Shown piece after piece: positions 19,095 to 28,129 of a DNA stretch of 64,000 nt. The translations under genes were made by a program, and so were the position numbers. The stretch's first letter is position 1. Each line of letters opens with the position of its first letter. A model generated the notes under the pieces. That model did no database searches, had not been told where the DNA came from, and was given only the letters and a program-made list of their open reading frames with translations. Source of the stretch: a virus (lineage: Duplodnaviria > Caudoviricetes); the IMG/VR virus record IMGVR_UViG_2558860984_000001, positions 49,570 through 113,569 of that record; one strand, 5' to 3'.

Positions 19095-19123
19095 TGGACG
19101 GGGTGGTGGCCACCCCCTAGATT
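19095..19123 (+). promoter_or_regulatory. sigma70/HrdB-type promoter with inverted repeat in spacer
   Basis: TGGACG-N17-TAGATT; GGGGTGG-tgg-CCACCCC at 19100-19116. Confidence 0.5.
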
Positions 19124-19167
19124 GAAAGTAGATCAAAACATACCAACTTCCTTCAAAGGAGAATGAA

Positions 19168-19359
19168 ATGGCCACCAAGATGCCGAGCGAGTGCCCCCAC
19201 CCCGCCACCGCCCGCTCCAACTGGGGCGACCGCAACTATGGGTGCGGCGACTGCGGCCTCACCCCCATCCAGCTCGAATGGCAGGCATACCGCAGGGCCC
19301 ACCCCGTTGACTGGGACGCCGTCAGCAGCCCGAGCACCACTCAGATCGACGCCGACTGA
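19168..19359 (+). CDS. small Cys/His protein (moron-like)
   Basis: AAAGGAGA RBS; CPHP..YGCGDC; own promoter and terminator. Confidence 0.65.
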   Translation: MATKMPSECPHPATARSNWGDRNYGCGDCGLTPIQLEWQAYRRAHPVDWDAVSSPSTTQIDAD

Positions 19360-19378
19360 CCAACCAATTGGCGACCTA

Positions 19379-19401
19379 GCCCCCTCGTCGTTCGAGGGGG
19401 C
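19379..19401 (+). terminator. hairpin terminator candidate
   Basis: GCCCCCTCG-tcgtt-CGAGGGGGC. Confidence 0.55.
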
Positions 19402-19509
19402 GTCGTCCTATCGCAGATCCCTCCACGGCTGTCGGGCACTCGGCCGCCTTGGAGGTGACGCCTCCGCTGCTAAGATCACCAAGAAGTCGCGCGTCAGCGC
19501 GGCGCGCGA

Positions 19510-19529
19510 CCGCTGGTGCTAGGCCGGGT
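19510..19529 (+). promoter_or_regulatory. late-gene leader motif YYGCTGG-N4-RGGCCGRRY (copy 1)
   Basis: CCGCTGGTGCTAGGCCGGGT; TAAGAT at 19471. Confidence 0.65.
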
Positions 19530-19557
19530 CCCCGCACACACCCCTGCGGGAGCACCT

Positions 19558-19806
19558 GTGCCCTCCCCGTCGCCCCTCACCCCCCACGCCCGCCCCGAAC
19601 GGGAACGCGCCCGCGCCCGCCTCGCCGGCCTCGTCCGCCACCGGCCCCCGGACGACCCGGACATCGACCGGGCGCGCCGTGACCTCGCCGCCGCCCGCGT
19701 GCAGGGCCTCCTTCAGGCGGCGCTGGCCGAACTCGCCCTCGTCACCGGCAACCCGGGCGCCAGCGACGGCGACACCGTCAAGGGGGCCGACCATGGGGCT
19801 CGTTGA
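19558..19806 (+). CDS. hypothetical phage protein
   Basis: GGGAG RBS, GTG start; RARLAGLVRHRPPDDPDIDRARRDL. Confidence 0.6.
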   Translation: MPSPSPLTPHARPERERARARLAGLVRHRPPDDPDIDRARRDLAAARVQGLLQAALAELALVTGNPGASDGDTVKGADHGAR

Positions 19807-20134
19807 GGTCCTCGTCCTCGGTCTGGCCGCGTACCGCGGAACCCAGCTCGCCGTGCACGACACCGTGCTCGACCCCGCACGGGACCGCGTGTTCGCCTGG
19901 CAGGCCCGCCGGCCGGAGTCCCGCCCACGCCAGTGGGTCATCACGCTGATCTCGTGCACGTACTGCATGGGCTGGTGGGTCGCCGGCGCCGCGCTCGGCA
20001 TCTACGTCCTGGCCGCCGACACCTGGCCCGGCGTCCCGGAGTTCGCGCTGTACTGGTTCGCCGTCGCCGGCGTACAGGCGCTCCTCAACCGCTGGGACGA
20101 CACCCGGCCCTCGTCTGCAGGGGCCGGGGAATGA
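19793..20134 (+). CDS. DUF1360 family membrane protein
   Basis: LAAYRGTQL..HD..LISCTYCMGWW with hydrophobic segments. Confidence 0.8.
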   Translation: MGLVEVLVLGLAAYRGTQLAVHDTVLDPARDRVFAWQARRPESRPRQWVITLISCTYCMGWWVAGAALGIYVLAADTWPGVPEFALYWFAVAGVQALLNRWDDTRPSSAGAGE

Positions 20135-21591
20135 AGCTCACCCGCAGCCGGTCCCTGTCTGCCGCCGCGGCACGGTTCACCACCCGCATCTTCGGCAGCG
20201 GCAGCGGCAAGTCCACGGCACCAGACCAGTCGTGGCAGAAACGCGCCTGGGACATGTACAAGACGACGCCTGAGGTCAGGTTCGTCGCGACCTGGACCGG
20301 GAACGCCATGTCCCACCTCCGGCTGACCGCTGGCCTGATCCAGCCCGACGGCAGCATCGAGGAGGCGCCCGAAGGCTCCCGCGCCGCCGAACTCGTTGCC
20401 TCGATTGCCGGAGGCCCCGAAGGCCAGTCTGAACTCATGGCCGCCTTCGGCAGGCACCTGACGGTCGCCGGAGAAGGCTGGACCGTTATCCGCCCCGCTG
20501 ACACCAGCGAGGCGGGCGCCGTGCCAGGAGGGATGCAGGGGGAAGAGTGGCACGTGCTGTCCACCTCTGAGGTGCAGCACAGACGCGGCAAACTCACAGC
20601 GGAGATCAACGGCGACGAAGTTGACATTCCCGCCGCCGACCCAGATACCCCACCCACGCCGGACACCCCACTCGCGATCCGCGTATGGACACCGTCCCCC
20701 GAGCGCCACATCGAGGCCGACTCCCCGATGCGGTCGTGCCTAGAGCTGCTGGAGGAACTGCGACTCCTCCACGCCGCAGTCAAGGCCATCATCCGCAGCA
20801 GGATCACCGGCCGCGGCGTCCTTATGATCCCCAAAGGCGCCCGATTCCCGACCACCCCCGGCCAAGGCGACGCAGAAGACAGCCTGATCGACGTGTTTAT
20901 GGAAGTCGCCGAAACCGCCATCAGAGAGCCGGAATCCGCCGCAGCGACCGTCCCGATCATCCTGGAAATGCCGCAGGACGCTATCGATGGCCTGAAGTGG
21001 CAAACATTCGAGTCCGCCTTCGACGAACTCGCCATCCGGTTGCGTGAGGAGGCCATCCGTCGCTACGCCCTCGGGCAGGACATCCCACCTGAGGTACTGC
21101 TAGGCATGGGCGCCTCCGTCAATCACTGGAACGTGTGGGCGCTGAGCGAGGAAGCCGTTCGTCTCGGAGTCCTCCCCAAAGGCAAAACCGTCGCCCACGC
21201 CTTCACCACCCAATGGCTGCGCCCCATGCTCGCCGCCGAAGGCGACCCTGAGGCACACACGTGGGTGGTGCAGGTCGACTCCAGCACTCTCCGCGTCCGC
21301 GCCAACCGCGCCCAGACCGCCCTCGACGTCTACGACCGCGGCGGCATCAGCGCCACCGCCCTCCGCCGAGAGACCGGATTCGACGAAGCCGACGCGCCCA
21401 CACCGGAAGAGTCCGCTGCCCGCCGACCCACGGCCAGCACAGCCACACCGCCGCGGCTACCCGTAGACGAGACCGGCGCCGAACCTGCCACCCAACCCGA
21501 CTCGGGTCAGCCCCCACCGGCCGAGCGCACCACCAGCACGGCCCCCACCACCCAGCCCACCGCGGAGACCAGGCCGGAGGAACCTCGATGA
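20131..21591 (+). CDS. portal protein
   Basis: WQKRAWDMY..PEV, HLTVAGE, RVWTP..ADSP, PPEVLLG..NHW motifs; position after terminase. Confidence 0.85.
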   Translation: MKLTRSRSLSAAAARFTTRIFGSGSGKSTAPDQSWQKRAWDMYKTTPEVRFVATWTGNAMSHLRLTAGLIQPDGSIEEAPEGSRAAELVASIAGGPEGQSELMAAFGRHLTVAGEGWTVIRPADTSEAGAVPGGMQGEEWHVLSTSEVQHRRGKLTAEINGDEVDIPAADPDTPPTPDTPLAIRVWTPSPERHIEADSPMRSCLELLEELRLLHAAVKAIIRSRITGRGVLMIPKGARFPTTPGQGDAEDSLIDVFMEVAETAIREPESAAATVPIILEMPQDAIDGLKWQTFESAFDELAIRLREEAIRRYALGQDIPPEVLLGMGASVNHWNVWALSEEAVRLGVLPKGKTVAHAFTTQWLRPMLAAEGDPEAHTWVVQVDSSTLRVRANRAQTALDVYDRGGISATALRRETGFDEADAPTPEESAARRPTASTATPPRLPVDETGAEPATQPDSGQPPPAERTTSTAPTTQPTAETRPEEPR

Positions 21592-21995
21592 CCACCCCCA
21601 CCACGAACCCGGCACGCGCCGCGCTCATAGCCGCCGCGGACGGCGCGATCTGGGCCGCGCTCACCCAGGCCGGGATCAAGCTCCGCGGCACCGCCCTGTG
21701 CCCGCGCAGCCGCCGCGCCCAGGCACGGACCGTCACCCCCGCCCTCCTCCACACGACGCTGCCCATGACCGCCGAGGCCATCGACCACTACAAGGTCCTC
21801 GCCGGGGCCTGGGACCGTATCCCCGAGCTGGCCGCCCGCCACGGCGTCGACGCCGGATGCCTCACCACCGCCCTCGACTCGTACTGCCGCGAGCTGCTGG
21901 CCGCCGGCCAGCCCCACGACGCCGCGTACGTCCCCCGCATCATCGCCTCCTGCCGCACCCTCCGCGCCCACGACACCGAGACCGCCCATGGCTGA
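21588..21995 (+). CDS. hypothetical portal-associated protein
   Basis: GGAGG RBS; ATGA coupling. Confidence 0.7.
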   Translation: MTTPTTNPARAALIAAADGAIWAALTQAGIKLRGTALCPRSRRAQARTVTPALLHTTLPMTAEAIDHYKVLAGAWDRIPELAARHGVDAGCLTTALDSYCRELLAAGQPHDAAYVPRIIASCRTLRAHDTETAHG

Positions 21996-22167
21996 CTGCC
22001 CGTACTGCTGGGGCGGCCACGGCTGCGATCTCGACGAACACCATCCCGGCGACCACGAGTGCCGCACCGGGCACGTAGAGCAGGGCGACGAACCTGACAC
22101 CCGCCCCCGCCGTCACCCCGATGTCTTCCACTGCCGCACCGACGAGCCGGAGCATGCCCATGGCTGA
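21988..22167 (+). CDS. 59-aa Cys/His-rich peptide (absent from ORF track)
   Basis: MADCPYCWGGHGCDLDEHHPGDHECRTGH...; ATGGCTGA overlaps with both neighbours. Confidence 0.6.
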   Translation: MADCPYCWGGHGCDLDEHHPGDHECRTGHVEQGDEPDTRPRRHPDVFHCRTDEPEHAHG

Positions 22168-25100
22168 CCCCCTCGCCGCTGCCGAGCAGGACATCGCCGA
22201 TGCCGTCGCCGCAGCGCTTGCCGACACCGCCGATGAATACGGCCGCGCCCTCAACGGCGCTACCGAGCTGGTCGCGGCCCGCTTCAGCGTTGGCCGTATC
22301 GCCGGCATGTGGGCGCGCCGTGTCCCGGCCCTGGTGCGCCGGCTCCTCGGCGTAGCGGAGACCGCGGCACAGCAGACCGCCACGGATGTCGACGCCGAGC
22401 TGCCCGACGGCTGGACGGACCTCCCCGCCCGGCACCAGGACGGCCGCCGGCTGCCCGACGGCATCGGCCGGTACGCCACAGCTACGGAGGCCCTGCTGAA
22501 CGCCGTCGGCGACCGCCTCGCCGACGCCGCCGTCCGCGAACTCGCCGCCGGCCTCAACCGGGACGAGTCTGTCGACCAGCTCCGCGCCCGCCTCCTGGAG
22601 GCATTCGCCCGCGACGGCGCCCAGCTCGGGCCCGGCCGCGAACAGCGGATCGCCCAGACCGAAGCCGTACGGGCGTGGAACACCGCCGTCCTGGCCGCCG
22701 CCCGCGACCTCACCACCCCGGACAGGCCCCTGGTCAAGCAGTGGCTCACGAGGAACGACAGCAGTGTGCGCAGCGCGCACCGAGCGGCGGCAGGCCAGCT
22801 CCGCCTCCTCGATGAACCGTTCAGGGTCGCCGGCACGAGCATGCAGGCCCCCGGCGACCCCAGCGCACCGCCGGCCCTCACCGTCAACTGCCGCTGCCGC
22901 CTGGCAATCGCACCAGAACCGCGTACCGCATCCTTGGAATCTCACGCGGCGCCGTCGGCAGCATGTTCAGATCCAAGGGAGAGTCGAGTGGACAAGACCG
23001 CGGCCAGCAGCGCGCACACCGGCGCGATGATCGCCCTGGCGCCGACCGTCGAGGACGCGCAACGCCTTGCCCTGGACTCACCCGGCGCCGAACCCGCCGG
23101 CGAGCTGCACCTGACCCTCTTCTACCTGGGCGAGGCATCCGACTGGGACGAGGAGCACCGCGCCGACCTCCTCCAGCGCCTCACCGACCGGGCCCAGGAC
23201 CTGCTGCCCCTCACCGGGCAGGCGTTCGGCGCGAACCAGTGGAACGCCAACGGCGACGAGCCGTGCTGGGTGTGGGCCGTCGGCGACGACCGCGACACAG
23301 ACGGCCCGGGTCTGGAGACGACCCGCGCCGCGGCCGTGAACGCGCTGGAGGACCAGCTCCGGCAGCCGCAGTTGCCGGCGCAGCACTCGCCGTGGCAGCC
23401 GCATGTCTGTGCCGCGTACTCCCGCAGTCCGGCCCTGCTCACGGCGATGAACGAACGCCTCGGCCCCGTCCGCTTCGACCGGCTGCGCGTCGCGTTCGCA
23501 GGCGAGTACACCGACATCCCGCTGGGACCGCCGACGCAGGAGGACCCCATGGACAACGACCAGCACAACCAGCCGCAGCACCTCGCGGCACGCCGATGGT
23601 CCACTCCCGGCGACGCTGGCCTGGCATTCGAGAACCAGCAGACCGGAGACGGCCGCGTGTTCCGCGCCGGTGCGCTCTACTGGGACGGGGCCGGCCCGTG
23701 GCCGCTGCAGTACGCCGAGGAGATGCTCACGGGCCACGAAGGCGCCGAGCTGGCGGGTGCTATCGAGCTGTTGGAGCGAGACGACTACCGCCTCGCCTCC
23801 AACGGCGTTCTCTACCCCGGTCGCCCCGCCGGCGCCGACGCGCTGATGCTGCTTGAAGAGGGCGCCCCGCTCGGAGTGTCCGTCGACCTGGACAACGTCA
23901 CCGTCGAGTTCGTCGACACCACCGGGCGGGCCGTAGGCGATCCCGACGACGAGGTGGTGCTGCTTGCCGCGGCGCTGCCGTCCGCGTCGTTCCTCCGCCT
24001 CGCCGATGGCTCGTGGGCGGTCACCGCCACGGCGACCGCCGGGTGGACCGCCTCCGGACAGGTCATGTCCCGCACCGCTGCCGGCGCGCAGATCATCACC
24101 GGCCCCGACGGGCGTATCCCCGCCACCGCCGTACAAGCCGCGTTCGGCCCGACCGGCACCCTCACTGCCGGCGCAGGCGCCCCAGACCCGGAGGACGGCA
24201 TCGTGCTGCACTCCGAATCGGCAGGCGACCTGCTGATGCGGGTGACCCGAGCCCGGGTCCGCGGCGCCACCCTCGTCAGCGTGCCGGCATTCGACCAGGC
24301 CCGCATCGTCCTCGACCCCCAGCCAGGCACCGAGCCGGTCGCTGACCCGCAGGGGAACGACCAGGGCCGGGACGACGAGGAGATGACCGCCGCAGCCGCG
24401 GGCACCCTCCTGCGTCGCGTCGTCGACTACGTCACCACCGCGCCGCATCCCGTCGGCGCCCGCGACACCGGCCAAGCGCTGGACATCACGATGACCTCTG
24501 CCCGCGGCGCGCTGAACCGTGCCGCCGCGAAGGAGCTGATCGTCCGTCTGGCCCGCGGCCTGTACGTCGGCAACCCCAGCCTCGGCGAGGACAAGACCCG
24601 CACCGCCGCCCCAGTGACAGCCCCGTTGACGGCTGCGGTGTCCGGTGACCTCGACCTGCCGGTTCTCCCCGAACGCGACGCCGAGTGGGACGGCGACAAG
24701 GCCGCTTCCCGGATCCTCGCGTGGGCCACCGACGAAGACGGCAACGTCGACGCCGACAAGCTCTCCCAAGGGTTCCTCTACCGCGACGACACCGCGAACC
24801 CCGCGACCGTGAGCGCGTACAAGCTGCCGTTCGCTGACGCCATCACACGCGGCGACACCCAGCACCTGGAGATCATCGACACCGCCGTCTACACCATCGC
24901 CAACGTCCTCCAAGGCGGCATGGGCGGCGTCGATCTGCCCGACGATGACCGGGAGGCCATCCGAGGCCGCGTCGAGGAACTGTACGCCCGTCTCGCAGGC
25001 GAGTTCGACGACGACTCGATCGCTCCGCCCTGGGCCGACGACAAGAACACCAGCGACGACCAGCCGGACGACAGCGGGGAGGAACAGGCGTCAGCAGCTC

Positions 25101-25936
25101 TGGTCGCCTCCGCTTGGACCGCCATGCGCGAAGCCCCACCCATGCCCGCCGAATGGTTCCGCGAGCCAACCGCGGCCGAGCTTCCGCCTGGCTCCGGTGG
25201 TGTCCACGTCGACGGCGGACGCATCTACGGCTGGGTTGCCCAGGTCGGAGAACCCCACGCCGGAATGCCCGGCCGCAACCTCACCATCGAATCGCTCGGC
25301 GACATCGACCTCAGCCACTTCAACCGGGCCCACTTCAAGCTCGATGACGGCTCAGTGGTCCGGGCCGGCGCCATGACGATGAATGCCGGCCATCACAACG
25401 ACGGCGCCACGTGCGAAACCTCCGCCTGTCAATTCGACGACACGCGAACGGTCGCAGGAATCGTGCGAGTCGGCCAGAACGACCGCGGCCTGTGGTTCAG
25501 CGGTGCAGCAGCTCCGTGGCTGGACACCTGGGACGACCTGACTTTCCGGGCATGCCAGCCCAGCTACCACATGATCCAGGGCCGTGACGGACGCTGGCAG
25601 CTCCGCGCAGTCCTCTCCGTACCCGTCCCCGGCCACTCCAGCCCGCTGCTGGCCGCGTTCGCCGAGCGCTCCAACCTCGCCCTCACCGCAGCCAGCACCG
25701 CGCCCACACCGGATGACTCACCGATCAGCACCGCGCAGCGGCGGCAGATCGGCGAGATCACCGCCACTCTGGCGACGATCAACGACCAGATCAGCGGGCT
25801 CCGCGACCAGATCGCCGCCCTCAACCAGCCTCCGGCACCGGCCCCCACCGGCGACCCGGTCCAAGACGAGATCAATGCCCTGGCCGCGCGAGTCGAACTC
25901 GCAGCCTCTGCCGCACCGACACGAGAAAGGCCCTGA
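22160..25936 (+). CDS. MuF-like minor head protein fused to 2H phosphoesterase (Acb1-like), prohead protease-like and scaffold-like domains
   Basis: RIAQTE..KQWLT..VRSAH..PGDP..VNCRC (MuF); HLTL and PHVC (2H); TGDGR..GH..GVSVDLD..GATLVSVPAF (protease-like). Confidence 0.85.
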   Translation: MADPLAAAEQDIADAVAAALADTADEYGRALNGATELVAARFSVGRIAGMWARRVPALVRRLLGVAETAAQQTATDVDAELPDGWTDLPARHQDGRRLPDGIGRYATATEALLNAVGDRLADAAVRELAAGLNRDESVDQLRARLLEAFARDGAQLGPGREQRIAQTEAVRAWNTAVLAAARDLTTPDRPLVKQWLTRNDSSVRSAHRAAAGQLRLLDEPFRVAGTSMQAPGDPSAPPALTVNCRCRLAIAPEPRTASLESHAAPSAACSDPRESRVDKTAASSAHTGAMIALAPTVEDAQRLALDSPGAEPAGELHLTLFYLGEASDWDEEHRADLLQRLTDRAQDLLPLTGQAFGANQWNANGDEPCWVWAVGDDRDTDGPGLETTRAAAVNALEDQLRQPQLPAQHSPWQPHVCAAYSRSPALLTAMNERLGPVRFDRLRVAFAGEYTDIPLGPPTQEDPMDNDQHNQPQHLAARRWSTPGDAGLAFENQQTGDGRVFRAGALYWDGAGPWPLQYAEEMLTGHEGAELAGAIELLERDDYRLASNGVLYPGRPAGADALMLLEEGAPLGVSVDLDNVTVEFVDTTGRAVGDPDDEVVLLAAALPSASFLRLADGSWAVTATATAGWTASGQVMSRTAAGAQIITGPDGRIPATAVQAAFGPTGTLTAGAGAPDPEDGIVLHSESAGDLLMRVTRARVRGATLVSVPAFDQARIVLDPQPGTEPVADPQGNDQGRDDEEMTAAAAGTLLRRVVDYVTTAPHPVGARDTGQALDITMTSARGALNRAAAKELIVRLARGLYVGNPSLGEDKTRTAAPVTAPLTAAVSGDLDLPVLPERDAEWDGDKAASRILAWATDEDGNVDADKLSQGFLYRDDTANPATVSAYKLPFADAITRGDTQHLEIIDTAVYTIANVLQGGMGGVDLPDDDREAIRGRVEELYARLAGEFDDDSIAPPWADDKNTSDDQPDDSGEEQASAALVASAWTAMREAPPMPAEWFREPTAAELPPGSGGVHVDGGRIYGWVAQVGEPHAGMPGRNLTIESLGDIDLSHFNRAHFKLDDGSVVRAGAMTMNAGHHNDGATCETSACQFDDTRTVAGIVRVGQNDRGLWFSGAAAPWLDTWDDLTFRACQPSYHMIQGRDGRWQLRAVLSVPVPGHSSPLLAAFAERSNLALTAASTAPTPDDSPISTAQRRQIGEITATLATINDQISGLRDQIAALNQPPAPAPTGDPVQDEINALAARVELAASAAPTRERP

Positions 25937-25938
25937 CC

Positions 25939-26193
25939 ATGGCCTGTGCCTGCAACAAGAACAACCCCAGGTGGGAAGTCGTCACGAGCAGCGGCGCCAC
26001 CGAGCGGATCGTCTACAGCGCCAGCACTGAGTCGAGGGCCCGCTCGATCGCCAAGCGCTACCCCGGCAGCACCGTGCGGAGGAACCCGCCCGCCGCGCAG
26101 CCGGCTGGGCAGACCACCCAGCCGGCCGCCCGCACGGCGGCCGGCCGCACTCCTCCGCGGGCCGCGAAAGTCAGCCCCACGACCCACGGCTGA
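25939..26193 (+). CDS. small Cys-motif phage protein (MACAC-)
   Basis: AAAGG RBS; located between protease and capsid genes. Confidence 0.7.
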   Translation: MACACNKNNPRWEVVTSSGATERIVYSASTESRARSIAKRYPGSTVRRNPPAAQPAGQTTQPAARTAAGRTPPRAAKVSPTTHG

Positions 26194-26279
26194 CCCCTGG
26201 ACACCCCCGGGTAGCGGCAGCGTGCGCCACCTCAGCTCGCTCCCGCCCGGGGACTAAGATCGAACTCCCAACTGAATAA

Positions 26280-26299
26280 CCGCTGGTTCTGGGCCGGGT
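26280..26299 (+). promoter_or_regulatory. late-gene leader motif (copy 2, before capsid gene)
   Basis: CCGCTGGTTCTGGGCCGGGT; TAAGAT at 26255. Confidence 0.7.
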
Positions 26300-26331
26300 A
26301 TCTCTCGTGAACTCCACTGGAGAGCCCACCC

Positions 26332-28044
26332 ATGACGTTCGAAGTCCCCGAGGACATCACCCAGCTCAACGACGACGAACTCGCCCAGGCCCTCGACGGC
26401 GCCCGCGAAGCGTTCCACGCGATGTCGACGGCCCAGGCCGTCACCGCGGACGACCTGACGCAGATGCGTGAACTGGCTACCGTCGTGGAGTCCATCCGCG
26501 GCGAGCAGACCGCCCGCCTGGAGGCCGCGCAGCAAGCCGCCGCCGAGATCGACGCCCTGGCCGCGCAGGTCCGCGGCACCGACCCGGATCCCGACACCGA
26601 CGCGGCCGACGGCGACGCGGACGAGACCGACAGCACCGCAGAGGCCACCGCCTCCGCCGACACCGAGCCCGAGACCGCCCCCGAGCCGGAGACCGCCACC
26701 GCCACCGCCTCCGCCGGCGTCGTCAACCCCAACGGCGGCGGCACCCTCATGCCCCGGCGCCGCGCCCTGGACCTCTCCGCCGTCCGCCGCGCCCAGCCCC
26801 GCGTCCTGCCCCCGGACCCCAACCCGCGCCCGGAGATCACCGCCAGCGTGGACGTGCCCGGCTACCAGCCCGGCCAGCCGCTGGACATGGAAGGCGTGAC
26901 CGAGGGCATCATCCGCCGCGCGAACGCCCTCAAGACCGCCGGCGGGGGCGTGGGCCTGACCGCGAGCTACCGCCTGCCGTTCGACAAGAGCCTGATCGTC
27001 AACGACAGCTCGTCGGGTACCGAGGGAACCCGGTCCGTCATCCTCGCCGCTGACCAGTCCCGCCTGAACGGCGGCAACATCGTCGCGTCCGGCGGCTGGT
27101 GCGCGCCCAGTGAAACGGTCTACGACCTCGCGTCCATCGCCTGCCCCGAAATGCTGTGGGACGCCCCGGAAATCATGCTCGCCCGCGGCGGCCTGCGGTT
27201 CTTCCCCATCCCGTCGCTCGACGTCGCGTCCATGACGTGGGTCCACACCGAGGCCGACGACATCGCCGGCTCCGAAAAGCCCTGCTTCCGCATCCCGTGC
27301 CCGGAACCCGTCGAGGTCAGGTGCGACGCGATCGGCGTCTGCCTGGAGTCGGGGATCTTGACCCAGAGGCATTTTCCCGAACTCGTCGCCTGGTACCAGA
27401 GCAACATCATGGTCGCCCACGAACTCAGGATCAGGCAGCACCTGTTCGAGCAGGCGATCACCCAGGCCACCCCCGTCACCCTCCCGGAGACCTTCGGCGC
27501 CCTGTCGGCCGTCTACCACGCCATCGCCATGCAGGCCGCCGACATGGTCGAGCGCCACGCCCTGTGCGACAGCATCAACATCGAGGTCGTCCTGCCCTGG
27601 TGGAGCCGCTCGCTGATGCTTGCCGACCTCGCCCGCCAGAACGGCCGCGCCCTCGAAGAGGTGTCCGTCGAGCAGCTCGTGGCTCTCTTCGCGTCGCTCG
27701 GCGTCGGCATCCAGTGGGCCCGCGGCCTCGGCCCCGCCGTCCCGACCGATATCGGCGGCCAGACCCCCATCACCTCCTGGCCCGCGCAGATCCAGATGCT
27801 CATGTACGTCGCCGGGTCCCTGCAGATCGGTCGCGGCGGCGAGATCAGCCTCGGCGTCGTACACGACTCGACGAAATTCTCGACGAACGATTACACCGCC
27901 CTCTTCTCAGAGGAGTGCGTCGCGCTGATCAACAGGGGCCCGGACCTGCGCCTGATCACCTTGCCCGTCTGCCCGAGCGGCGAGACCGGCGCCCAGACCC
28001 TCATGCTCTGCGACGCCTCTCCGGGCGAGCAGTCCCCGTCTTGA
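26332..28044 (+). CDS. major capsid protein with N-terminal scaffold region
   Basis: Coiled-coil and acidic N-terminus, ASGGWCAPSETVYD, RGGL.F, GVVHDS..TNDY..FSEE; position. Confidence 0.9.
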   Translation: MTFEVPEDITQLNDDELAQALDGAREAFHAMSTAQAVTADDLTQMRELATVVESIRGEQTARLEAAQQAAAEIDALAAQVRGTDPDPDTDAADGDADETDSTAEATASADTEPETAPEPETATATASAGVVNPNGGGTLMPRRRALDLSAVRRAQPRVLPPDPNPRPEITASVDVPGYQPGQPLDMEGVTEGIIRRANALKTAGGGVGLTASYRLPFDKSLIVNDSSSGTEGTRSVILAADQSRLNGGNIVASGGWCAPSETVYDLASIACPEMLWDAPEIMLARGGLRFFPIPSLDVASMTWVHTEADDIAGSEKPCFRIPCPEPVEVRCDAIGVCLESGILTQRHFPELVAWYQSNIMVAHELRIRQHLFEQAITQATPVTLPETFGALSAVYHAIAMQAADMVERHALCDSINIEVVLPWWSRSLMLADLARQNGRALEEVSVEQLVALFASLGVGIQWARGLGPAVPTDIGGQTPITSWPAQIQMLMYVAGSLQIGRGGEISLGVVHDSTKFSTNDYTALFSEECVALINRGPDLRLITLPVCPSGETGAQTLMLCDASPGEQSPS

Positions 28045-28063
28045 CCTCGCCCCTTCCGGAAAC

Positions 28064-28101
28064 GCCGGGCCCTGTCCTCCCCCCCCGGGACAGGGCCCGG
28101 C
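28064..28101 (+). terminator. hairpin after capsid gene
   Basis: GCCGGGCCCTGTCC...GGACAGGGCCCGGC 14-bp stem. Confidence 0.65.
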
Positions 28102-28129
28102 ACACCCCACCCGAAGGAGGTGAGGCACC

